This document shows, in pieces, positions 8,809 through 16,129 of a stretch of DNA of 20,000 nucleotides. Each line of letters begins with the position of its first letter. Within the stretch, counting starts at the first letter, position 1. The translations under genes were made by a program, and so were the position numbers. The DNA is taken from the IMG/VR virus record IMGVR_UViG_2873412701_000001; one strand, 5' to 3'. Source of the DNA: an uncultured virus (IMG/VR IMGVR_UViG_2873412701_000001). Taxonomy: Duplodnaviria; Heunggongvirae; Uroviricota; Caudoviricetes. A model generated the notes under the pieces. It made no database searches and had not been told where the DNA came from. It saw only the letters and a program-made list of their open reading frames with translations.

Positions 8809-9821
8809 ACCGTCACCCCCACGGGCGCCGTAAGAGCCGCCTGCCACTGCACGTGCAGCGCCTGCATGATCGACCCCGACGCCTCGCCCCGCGCCGCCAT
8901 CCCGACCCGCTGACGAAGCTCCGGATCGTCTGCGAGGAGCTTGAGGAACTTCCCCCACTGGTGCTCGTGCTTCACCAAGAAGCCGTTCTCGCCATGACGG
9001 ATCACCCGCCGGTACGGCTCGATATCCGACGCGATCAACGGAATGCCCAGGACGCTGGACTCCAGCCACTTCGTCGGAAACTTCGCCCGGTTGAACGCCG
9101 TGTCCCGGTACGGCGCCACCCAGACGTCCCAGTCGCTGCACGCCTGAAGGTAGTTGTCGACGCTCGGCACCCAGCCCAGCGCGCCGACCCCGCGCCCCTT
9201 CAACCCGAGACCTATCGCGTGCTCGGCGGTGATCCCCACGATCCGCACCTGCACCCCACCCGGACGCCGATAGGTCGCGATCCGATTCAGCGCCCGCACC
9301 GCATCCGGCAACTCGGCCACCGTGCTGCTCGTGCCGGCCCAGCCGACGGACAGCGGCCGGCCGTCAGCGCGGTAGTCGCGCGGCTTGCCGAGGAGCTGGG
9401 CGGGGAGACCGTTCGGAATCACCCGGACGTCAGCCGCGTAGTCCCGCAGCACGCGCGCGAGGGGTTCGGAGCAGCAGGTGACGAGGTCGGCGAGCGCCAT
9501 GTTGTCGGCCAGCCGCTGGAGCATCGCCTTGTCCCACGTCTGGGCGGCGTGCTGGTTGGTGGGGTCGATGTGGAAGTAGTCATCGTCCAAGTCGAGGACG
9601 AGGCGGGTGTTCGTCTCCTGCTTGAAGTGCTGCCACATCTGGGTGGGCTCGGGCTTCGCGACGCGGCAGCCGACGAGCGCGTCCAAGTCCCGCCAGTCGT
9701 GGGGGAGGCGCATGCCGCCGCTGACCTGGTGGCCGAGCCATTGGAGGCTGATGCCGGGGAGCTGTGCGCGGTAGTACGACGATCCGGCGGTGTCGGCGGC
9801 CCAGAAGTGGAAGCGGCCCAT
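8805..9821 (-). CDS. Glycosyltransferase family 4-like (GT-B fold, 338 aa)
   Basis: GSSYYR, LVLDLDDD, ADLVTCCSEPL, VIPNGLP, VGWAGT, APYRDTAFNRAKFPTKWLESSVLGIPLIASDIEPY, HGENGFLV, LRQRVGMAAR. Confidence 0.9.
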   Translation of the reverse strand: MGRFHFWAADTAGSSYYRAQLPGISLQWLGHQVSGGMRLPHDWRDLDALVGCRVAKPEPTQMWQHFKQETNTRLVLDLDDDYFHIDPTNQHAAQTWDKAMLQRLADNMALADLVTCCSEPLARVLRDYAADVRVIPNGLPAQLLGKPRDYRADGRPLSVGWAGTSSTVAELPDAVRALNRIATYRRPGGVQVRIVGITAEHAIGLGLKGRGVGALGWVPSVDNYLQACSDWDVWVAPYRDTAFNRAKFPTKWLESSVLGIPLIASDIEPYRRVIRHGENGFLVKHEHQWGKFLKLLADDPELRQRVGMAARGEASGSIMQALHVQWQAALTAPVGVTV

Positions 9822-9822
9822 C

Positions 9823-10425
9823 TCAGCCCCCAGGAGTCGGCACGACAGGCCCGTGGTTGAACGTTCCGGGGCACTCGTGCGGCTCCTCAGCGGTCCACTG
9901 CCCCCAGGCGTGGCAGCCGTCGCAGTGCCCCCACCCGCCTGCCTTGATCTCGTGGAAGCGGGACGGGGTGCCGTCGGGGTGCGTCGGACGCCCCGTCGAC
10001 TTGGCATCGCCCGGCCCGGACCTGGCCGCGTCCAGCCGTTGGTAGAAGCCCGCGAGTTCCCGCTGCCGCTCGCCGACCTGCTCGATCAGCTGGTGCCACG
10101 TCGTGTCCCGCGACAGGAGCAGGGCGTCGCAGAGGGCGAGCCGGGTCTGCTCGTGCGCGTGGATGAGTTCACCGGTCTGCGCATCCCCCTCGCGATCGTC
10201 GACCGCGACCGGGGCCGCGTTGTTGCCGAGGATCTCCACGGTCTCCGGGGTGACGATGGCGGCGCGCGCACCGATCTTGTCGGCGATGCCCTGCCAGTAG
10301 TCACCGAACGGCATGTCCTGGCCGAGGATGATGCGCTGTGGAACCGTCTCGTCGACGACGAGGACGAACGGCGGCCGGTCGTCGCCGGTGCCTTCGGGGA
10401 GTTCGAGGATCTGCAAACGGGCCAT
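9823..10425 (-). CDS. Hypothetical phage protein with coiled coil and C-terminal Cys/His cluster (200 aa)
   Basis: ATG preceded by GAGG. Ends 1 nt before the GT4 start. Contains HCDGC...HEC. Confidence 0.7.
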   Translation of the reverse strand: MARLQILELPEGTGDDRPPFVLVVDETVPQRIILGQDMPFGDYWQGIADKIGARAAIVTPETVEILGNNAAPVAVDDREGDAQTGELIHAHEQTRLALCDALLLSRDTTWHQLIEQVGERQRELAGFYQRLDAARSGPGDAKSTGRPTHPDGTPSRFHEIKAGGWGHCDGCHAWGQWTAEEPHECPGTFNHGPVVPTPGG

Positions 10426-10462
10426 CAGCCAACCGCCTCGCGAGGGGGGAAGAAACGCAGTC

Positions 10463-10924
10463 TCACCATGACGGCGGCTCCAGGTACTGAGCGGCCGCGA
10501 GTAGACGCTGCTGGTCGTCCTTGGCGTGGCCGAGCATGAGGTTGCACGTCGCGCAGAGAATGCCCCGGATGCTTCCTGTCCTGTGGCAGTGGTCGACGTG
10601 AGTCTGTTTGTGAGAGGTGAACTCGTCCGAGCAGATCCCGCAGCGGTTCTCCTGCGCGTGGATCATGCGCTCCAGGTCGACGAGGCTGATTCCGTAGTGA
10701 CGACGCAGATCCCGGTCCCGGCTCTTACGGAGTCCTTCCGGGGTCTGCCGCGCCGCGCGGCGGCGCGCCGTGATGGCTTCCGCGTTCCTCGCCCGGTACT
10801 CACGGTTGCGCCGCCTGCTGCACTCACGGCAGTGCGCGGACGTCTTCGTGGTCGAAGTGTGACTCTGGCTGGAGTAGAAGGCGTTCAGCGGCTTCGTCTC
10901 GCCGCAGTCGGGGCAGCGCTTCAT
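10463..10924 (-). CDS. Recombination endonuclease VII domain protein, probably a homing-type nuclease (153 aa)
   Basis: N-terminal KRCPDCGETKPLNAF...CREC Zn finger. C-terminal YGIS...QENRCGICS...HVDHCHRTGSIRGILCATCNLMLG EndoVII motif. ATGA overlap at 10921-10924. Confidence 0.9.
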   Translation of the reverse strand: MKRCPDCGETKPLNAFYSSQSHTSTTKTSAHCRECSRRRNREYRARNAEAITARRRAARQTPEGLRKSRDRDLRRHYGISLVDLERMIHAQENRCGICSDEFTSHKQTHVDHCHRTGSIRGILCATCNLMLGHAKDDQQRLLAAAQYLEPPSW

Positions 10925-11874
10925 TCCTGCTCCGCGCGCCACTTCGGCAGCCAGTTCTCGGCGTACCAGGCGACGACGTCCGCGATGCCCGCATCCAGGT
11001 CGACGAGCGTGTCCGCGCTCATGTCGACGAGGGGAAGCGTGCTGGTGTCGGCGGTGACTCGCGCACCCTTTACTTCCCCAGGGCGCATCCAACCCGTGTG
11101 CGCGAGCGGCACCTCGTCGTACCCCAGGGCGACGGCCGCCTTGACGACCGTCTCGGCGACCTCGTTCACAGTGCGGTGGTCGGCGGGTCCGACCTCGACG
11201 GGGCGGGGGGTCTTGTCGTTGTCTTCGAACACGATGCCGCTGGCAGCCTTCTCCAGGGCAGTGACGAGGGCCTTCGCCCCGTCGGTGACGTGGACCATGT
11301 CGGACACCTGCTCGCCGTCGCCGTAGATCTCGATCGGCTGGCCGGTGAGGGCGCGGCAAACGAACGAAGGCGTGATCTTCTTGACCTTCGCCGGGCCGAA
11401 CGGTGGGGCGACGGACTGGCGAGGGCCGTAGGCGTTGACGAGCCGGACGATGTTGCAGCGGGTGCCGCGCTCCTTGTTGAACATGGCGACGTACCGCTCG
11501 ACGGTGGTCTTGGAGATGCTGTAGGTGTTGTTCATCCAGTGGTTGCCCACCCCGATGTAGACGCCGGGGATCTTGTACTGGGTGATGGCTTCGAGGAAGT
11601 TGAGCCCGCCCTTCACGTTGGTCTCGGTGGCTGGCCGAGGGTTCTGGATCGTCTCCTGGGTGCCGAGGCAGGCGGCCAGGTGGATGATCCCGTCGACGTG
11701 GGCGCCGAGTTCCGCCATGGCGACCTCGTCGCGGACGTCGCCCATGCGGACGGGGTGCCCGTGGGCGCTGCGTCCGGCGGTGTCGAAGATGACGGGCTGG
11801 TGGCCGCGTGCGACGAGTTCGTCGACGACGTGTCCGCCGATGAATCCGGCGCCTCCCGTGACAGCGATCCTCAT
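10921..11874 (-). CDS. NAD-dependent epimerase/dehydratase (extended SDR, 317 aa)
   Basis: IAVTGGAGFIG, IIHLAA, YSISK (YxxxK intact), RLVNAYGPRQ, IYGDGEQVSDMVHVTD. AAGGAG RBS and ATGA overlap. Confidence 0.9.
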   Translation of the reverse strand: MRIAVTGGAGFIGGHVVDELVARGHQPVIFDTAGRSAHGHPVRMGDVRDEVAMAELGAHVDGIIHLAACLGTQETIQNPRPATETNVKGGLNFLEAITQYKIPGVYIGVGNHWMNNTYSISKTTVERYVAMFNKERGTRCNIVRLVNAYGPRQSVAPPFGPAKVKKITPSFVCRALTGQPIEIYGDGEQVSDMVHVTDGAKALVTALEKAASGIVFEDNDKTPRPVEVGPADHRTVNEVAETVVKAAVALGYDEVPLAHTGWMRPGEVKGARVTADTSTLPLVDMSADTLVDLDAGIADVVAWYAENWLPKWRAEQE

Positions 11875-12020
11875 GCCTCGTTCTCCTTGCTGTTGGTGCA
11901 CGTGCAGCCGTTGCAGTGCCGGGTCTGGTGTTTGGCGAGGGCGACGTCGCGGATGGAGTTGCTGATGGCCATGGCGACGAGCGCGACGACGATGATCACG
12001 GTGATGTAGACGGCAGTCAC
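11871..12020 (-). CDS. Small single-pass membrane protein with C-terminal CxxCxC (49 aa)
   Basis: Below the ORF-track cutoff; translated by hand as MTAVYITVIIVVALVAMAISNSIRDVALAKHQTRHCNGCTCTNSKENEA. GGGGAG RBS and 4-nt overlaps at both ends. Confidence 0.7.
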   Translation of the reverse strand: MTAVYITVIIVVALVAMAISNSIRDVALAKHQTRHCNGCTCTNSKENEA

Positions 12021-12511
12021 GGGGTCTCCCCTTCGACGGGGAGGATGTGGCCGCCTTCAACGCAGTGGGAGGACACGCAGCGGCCAACGGGCGTGGCCCC
12101 CAGCGCGGCGTGTACGGCCCGCCAGATGACCGCATTCCGGTGCACCGGGTCGGGCGGCAGGTAGGTGCCGAGCCGCCGGATGTACTCGTACACGGCGTCG
12201 TAGGCGGGCTGACGCGGGTCCGGGCGGACGGGGAGCGCGGGGTTCAGCTCCTCCTCGGCGGGCTGCTCGGGGCGGCCCTCGTCGTCCGTCTCTGTGTCCG
12301 GTTCGGCCATGGCGTCTCCCAACTGGCGCGCGTGCGGGCATGCCTTGCAGTGCTGGCACTGTTCGTGGCCGTCCGGGCAGTCGCAGCGCGGGCAACGGCG
12401 CCCCGTGTCCGCCTGAACCGCAGGCTCGGCGTGGGGGCACTGGACGGGCGTGCCCCACGGGTCGGTGTGCTGCTCACCGCCGCACTCGGGGCGGACGCAT
12501 CGGCGGCTCAT
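12017..12511 (-). CDS. Cys/His-rich hypothetical protein (164 aa)
   Basis: ATGA overlap at 12508-12511. Motifs CVRPEC...H...CPH and CPRCDC...H..CQHCKACPH, an acidic linker, and a DPRQPAYDAVYEYIR domain. Confidence 0.7.
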   Translation of the reverse strand: MSRRCVRPECGGEQHTDPWGTPVQCPHAEPAVQADTGRRCPRCDCPDGHEQCQHCKACPHARQLGDAMAEPDTETDDEGRPEQPAEEELNPALPVRPDPRQPAYDAVYEYIRRLGTYLPPDPVHRNAVIWRAVHAALGATPVGRCVSSHCVEGGHILPVEGETP

Positions 12512-12615
12512 CGGCTGCTCCGTATGACGGGCGTCATTTCGACGTTCACCACAGGTGGCGGAACGAACGCCAGGTATGCGAACAGGAACGACAACGCGGC
12601 ACACAGGTAGTTCAC
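12508..12615 (-). CDS. Small hydrophobic peptide (35 aa)
   Basis: MNYLCAALSFLFAYLAFVPPPVVNVEMTPVIRSSR. Bridges its two neighbours exactly with 4-nt overlaps. Confidence 0.55.
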   Translation of the reverse strand: MNYLCAALSFLFAYLAFVPPPVVNVEMTPVIRSSR

Positions 12616-12824
12616 GACTCGCCCCCGGCTGCCTCGGCTCCGGCCCGCTGGCTGAAGACCTTCAACACCGTGCGGGCCAGGGCGGGCACCCAGTCCTGAC
12701 CGTCCGGGTCGTCTTCCAGTGCGTACGAGACCTCGTCCATGCCGTAGTTGTCGAACGGAAAGTCTCGGATGGCGGCTTCTACCTGCTCGCGGAGCGGGGA
12801 GCCTGCGGTGCGGGGCTCGGTCAT
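12612..12824 (-). CDS. Hypothetical protein, first gene of the inverted operon (70 aa)
   Basis: ATG at 12824 preceded by AGGAG. Sequence MTEPRTAGSPLREQVEAAIRDFPFDNYG... Confidence 0.7.
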   Translation of the reverse strand: MTEPRTAGSPLREQVEAAIRDFPFDNYGMDEVSYALEDDPDGQDWVPALARTVLKVFSQRAGAEAAGGES

Positions 12825-12836
12825 GGCGTGACTCCT

Positions 12837-12910
12837 GTGCGGGTTCGTGCGGGTGGGGTGCGGGTCTTGATGCGGCAGGGGTACGACCCGCACGGACACA
12901 CCCCTGCCGC
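12837..12910 (-). repeat. Structured leader: 11-bp hairpin plus three direct 8-mer repeats complementary to the hairpin loop
   Basis: GTGCGGGT at 12837, 12847 and 12858. Inverted copy ACCCGCAC at 12886-12893. Inverted repeat GCGGCAGGGGT (12872-12882) / ACCCCTGCCGC (12900-12910). Confidence 0.7.
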
Positions 12911-12911
12911 G

Positions 12912-12990
12912 ATCCCTTGAGCCAGGGATGCACGAACCATCCTACGATTCGCAGGAAAAACGCAAGTACAAGCTACGATTTGAAGGAATG
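12912..12990. promoter_or_regulatory. Probable divergent promoter/operator region
   Basis: Locally AT-rich and non-coding between divergent operons. Palindrome ATCCCT-N6-AGGGAT at 12912-12929. HrdB-type -10 TAGGAT on the minus strand at 12939-12944. CTACGATT repeated at 12942 and 12973. Confidence 0.55.
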
Positions 12991-13052
12991 CGCGCCACGG
13001 GAGGACCCCACACCTTCCCCGACAGGGCACACACGGACGCGATCGGGAGAGC

Positions 13053-13487
13053 GTGATGGCCACCCAGTGCAAGCTCTACCGAGGCGAGACGCCGCAGTTG
13101 ATCCCGCCGAACGTGTGGACACTGCTCACGTTCGAGAAGCGGATTCGCAACGACCGGTCCATGGCGCGCGACCTGGCCCTGGTCATGCCGCCGTTCGACG
13201 GGGACTTCCTGTGGTCCCGGAACCTCCGGTGGGCCGCGATCACGATCCCCGAAGGCGACACCCGGCCCCGACAGTTCATGTCCCGCTTCATCCGCGACCC
13301 GCACGGCATCGGTGACGACACCGGCGCCGACGACCGCATGGCCACTCCCGGCCGGTCATGGCAGACGGTGACGTGGCCCTTCGCGGGGGAGGCAGGCCAG
13401 CCGGTGGGCGTCGAGGTATGGCACGACCACCACGAGCCCTGGGCTGTGGAGCACGCCCAGTTCGTCGGCACCACGTGGGACTACTGA
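13053..13487 (+). CDS. Hypothetical protein upstream of the endolysin (144 aa)
   Basis: GGGAGA RBS and good codon usage. Trp-rich, likely beta-rich. Stops 13 nt before the endolysin. Confidence 0.7.
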   Translation: MMATQCKLYRGETPQLIPPNVWTLLTFEKRIRNDRSMARDLALVMPPFDGDFLWSRNLRWAAITIPEGDTRPRQFMSRFIRDPHGIGDDTGADDRMATPGRSWQTVTWPFAGEAGQPVGVEVWHDHHEPWAVEHAQFVGTTWDY

Positions 13488-13500
13488 AAGGGGCCTGATC

Positions 13501-14355
13501 ATGGCCGAGTTGTGGATGCCGGGAGCAACCCGACTGGACATCGGCGACCACGCCGCGACCGACGGCGGACCGGCGAAAGCCATCGCGCACATCACGTGGG
13601 ACGTCAACGCCACCGCCGCCAAGCCCGCCGACCTCATCCCCTATGAGCGGCTCCGCGGCTACTTCTCCGGCGGCGGCAAGGCCGCGTGCCCGCACATCCT
13701 GTGGGACCCGTTCACCGGCCGCATCACCCAGTTCCTGCCCGCGAACTCCCGCAGCAAGAGCCTCGCCGACCGGGCCGGCGGCACGCGCACCAACCGTGCA
13801 GGCTCCGTCGTCCTCCAGATCGAGGCCCTGTTCTTCCCGTACTGCCGGGTCGGCGACACCGTGTACCCGACCCTCGCGGGCACGCCCTGCAAGGGCTGGA
13901 CCGAACTCCACGCGTGGGTGAAGTCCTGGGGTGTCGCCGATGCGTGGCCGAACGGACGCCCCGAGAACTGCACCCGCAACGCAACGAACTGGGCAACGAA
14001 GAGCGGCTGGTTCCCGCACAAGGCCGTTCCGGAGAACGACCACGTGGACCCGCTGTCCTGGCCGGCGTTCCCGACGGAGCCCGTCGTCGTACCGCCCAAG
14101 CCGAAGCACGAGCCATTCCCGGGCGTCGGATTCTTCGCGGCCGGCCGCCATAGCCCGATCATCGCGGCGATGCACAAGCGGCTTGTCGCCGAGGGCTGCA
14201 ACCGGTACGCGTCGCAGGCGAACGCCGACGTGTGGGGCAGCGGCGACGAACGGTCCTACGCCGCCTGGCAGCGGAAGCTCGGCTACTCCGGCGCTGACGC
14301 CGACGGCACTCCCGGCCCTACCTCTTGGGCCCGGCTCCAAGTCCCCAACGTCTGA
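13501..14355 (+). CDS. Endolysin: N-acetylmuramoyl-L-alanine amidase (amidase_2-like) with C-terminal peptidoglycan-binding domain
   Basis: AIAHIT, PHILWDP, LQIE and [12 protein letters not shown]n-ligand pattern. Pro-rich linker. C-terminal PFPG..FF..G...[24 protein letters not shown] cell-wall-binding domain. GAAAGGGG RBS. Confidence 0.85.
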   Translation: MAELWMPGATRLDIGDHAATDGGPAKAIAHITWDVNATAAKPADLIPYERLRGYFSGGGKAACPHILWDPFTGRITQFLPANSRSKSLADRAGGTRTNRAGSVVLQIEALFFPYCRVGDTVYPTLAGTPCKGWTELHAWVKSWGVADAWPNGRPENCTRNATNWATKSGWFPHKAVPENDHVDPLSWPAFPTEPVVVPPKPKHEPFPGVGFFAAGRHSPIIAAMHKRLVAEGCNRYASQANADVWGSGDERSYAAWQRKLGYSGADADGTPGPTSWARLQVPNV

Positions 14356-14373
14356 CCCGAAAGCGAGAACGCC

Positions 14374-14679
14374 ATGAACGTCAACCTCGACCAGGCCTAC
14401 TGGATCGGCCTCCTCGTCTCCGTGATCCTGCCTGTCCTCGTCGGCCTGGTCACCACCAGAGTCACCCACGCTGGAGTCAAGGCCGTCCTCCTCCTCGCCC
14501 TGTCCGGGCTCGACGGATTCCTCGTCGAGTACGTCGCGGGCGGGCCCGGCTACGACGTCGGCACGGCCGCGGTGCTCGCGCTCGTCGCGTTCGCCACCGG
14601 CGTGCTCAGCCACTTCGGCCTGTGGAAGCCCGTCGGCGTGGCCGGACGAGCGCAGGACACGTTCGTCAAGGCTGCCTGA
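14374..14679 (+). CDS. Holin (101 aa, about 3 transmembrane segments)
   Basis: Hydrophobic; follows the endolysin. [11 protein letters not shown]...KAVLLLALS...HFGLWKP pattern typical of actinophage holins. Confidence 0.8.
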   Translation: MNVNLDQAYWIGLLVSVILPVLVGLVTTRVTHAGVKAVLLLALSGLDGFLVEYVAGGPGYDVGTAAVLALVAFATGVLSHFGLWKPVGVAGRAQDTFVKAA

Positions 14680-14715
14680 CCTGTCCCGTGAGCGCGTCGG
14701 GGAGGTGGTGGTGGC

Positions 14716-14982
14716 GTGGACGCGGCCATGGTGACGGCGATCGCAGCGGTGGTCGTCGGCACCCTGTCCGCGGCGGGCGTCATGTACGGCAGCCGCGGCG
14801 CGAACCGGGCGGCTCGGGAGGGCAACGCGGTGACCGGATTCAGCAGCCTGACGAACGAACTCCAGGAGGAACGCAAGGAGCTGAAGCAGGAGATCGCCAC
14901 CGTGCGCGCGGAACTGGCGGCGGAGAAGCTGGAGTCGGCCCGGCTGCGGCTCCTCGTGCAGCAGCTCGGAGGCGCGCCATGA
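14716..14982 (+). CDS. Membrane protein with C-terminal coiled coil, lysis cassette (88 aa)
   Basis: GGAGG upstream. N-terminal TM segment followed by [16 protein letters not shown] heptads. Confidence 0.75.
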   Translation: MDAAMVTAIAAVVVGTLSAAGVMYGSRGANRAAREGNAVTGFSSLTNELQEERKELKQEIATVRAELAAEKLESARLRLLVQQLGGAP

Positions 14983-15653
14983 CGCGGACCGAGCTGGTGC
15001 TGTATCGCAACCGGCGGCTACTGCTGCTGACGGCTGTCCTGCTGGTGCTCGGCGGCGGGGTGGCCCTGTCGCTGATTTTGATCGGCCGGGAGGCGGATGC
15101 CCGTCGGGAGCTTGCGACGGAGGCGGACCTCCGCGGCACGGCCGTGAGCACGTTGGCGGGTGATGTGCGGGCGTTGCGCGAGCAGGTGCTGGGCGAAGGC
15201 GAGATACCGGTGGCGCCGGATCCGACGACGGCGGTGGAGGATCTACCGGATCGGGCTGAGGTACCGGTGCCGATCCCGGGACCGGCCGGGCCTGACGGAG
15301 AGGACGGGGAGGACGGCGAGCCGGGCAAGACCGGGCCTTCGGGGACACCAGGCAACGACGGCCAGACCGGAGCAACAGGCCCGCCCGGCGCCACCGGCCC
15401 GACGGGCCCGCAGGGTGACGTGGGCCCGCAGGGGCCTGTCGGTCCGCAGGGCGAACGCGGGGAGAAGGGGGACACCGGCGATACGGGCGAGCAGGGCCCG
15501 CCCGGACCAGCCTGCCCCGACGGCTACAGCCTCCAGCCGCCGGCCGACGACCCGGACGCGCTGGTCTGCCGGCGGGACAGCGCACCCGACGAGCCCGACG
15601 GTAACGCCCCGCAGGCTGTAGCCCTTGATCCGCAACGCAGGCTGTACGCATGA
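14979..15653 (+). CDS. Membrane-anchored collagen-like protein (224 aa)
   Basis: ATGA overlap. N-terminal TM segment, coiled coil, 26 consecutive Gly-X-Y triplets, C-terminal CPDGY...LVC. Confidence 0.85.
   Translation: MTRTELVLYRNRRLLLLTAVLLVLGGGVALSLILIGREADARRELATEADLRGTAVSTLAGDVRALREQVLGEGEIPVAPDPTTAVEDLPDRAEVPVPIPGPAGPDGEDGEDGEPGKTGPSGTPGNDGQTGATGPPGATGPTGPQGDVGPQGPVGPQGERGEKGDTGDTGEQGPPGPACPDGYSLQPPADDPDALVCRRDSAPDEPDGNAPQAVALDPQRRLYA
15279..15512 (+). repeat. Collagen Gly-X-Y repeat (26 triplets)
   Basis: [15 protein letters not shown]...GEQGPPGPA, uninterrupted. Confidence 0.9.
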
Positions 15654-15680
15654 AACCGAACGTGTGAACTGGAGTGAGTC

Positions 15681-16127
15681 ATGGCTAACCTCGTCTTCAA
15701 CGTGGCCCTCGGCCGCGTCGCATCGCTGGCCGCGCTCGGTGCCGCGTCCGACGCCTTGATCCTCGTGCCCTTGGAGGCGTCGGGGCTGGTCGCGGACTCG
15801 ACGATGCGGGACTACGACACCCTCGCCGATCTCCTCGCCGGCGCGTCCAACGAGCAGACGACGGTGGGCCGCAAGACGCTCGCGTCGGTGACGGTGACGG
15901 TCAACGACACCGACAACAGGGTCGACGTCGACGCCGCCGATGTCACCTGGACGTCGCCGACCGGGAACGCTGTCGGCGCGGTGGTGATCTGCTACGACGC
16001 GGACACTGGCACGGGCACCGACGCGGATCTGATTCCGCTGACCAAGCACGATCTGACGTGGTCGCCGGACGGCAACAACTTCACCTTGGCGATCACGGAC
16101 TTCTTCCGCGCCAGCTCCAGCGCCTAG
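15681..16127 (+). CDS. Probable virion structural protein (148 aa)
   Basis: GGAG RBS. MANLVFN start, DAADVTW and PDGNNFTL motifs resembling phage fibre-associated proteins. Heads a three-gene structural block. Confidence 0.65.
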   Translation: MANLVFNVALGRVASLAALGAASDALILVPLEASGLVADSTMRDYDTLADLLAGASNEQTTVGRKTLASVTVTVNDTDNRVDVDAADVTWTSPTGNAVGAVVICYDADTGTGTDADLIPLTKHDLTWSPDGNNFTLAITDFFRASSSA

Positions 16128-16129
16128 CC

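Noticed and set aside
5269..12824. Host chromosomal polysaccharide locus
   Set aside because: No flippase, polymerase or ABC transporter. The genes are interspersed with phage-type ORFs and flanked by phage genes on both sides.
12837..12865. Triple repeat as a CRISPR-like array
   Set aside because: The repeats are 8 nt with 2-3 nt spacers, and there are no cas genes.
13288..15651. 787-aa minus-strand ORF, and similar shadow ORFs such as 2556-4199 (-), 8853-9860 (+) and 11098-12009 (+)
   Set aside because: Antisense to well-supported genes, with no recognisable motifs. Long shadow ORFs are expected at high GC.
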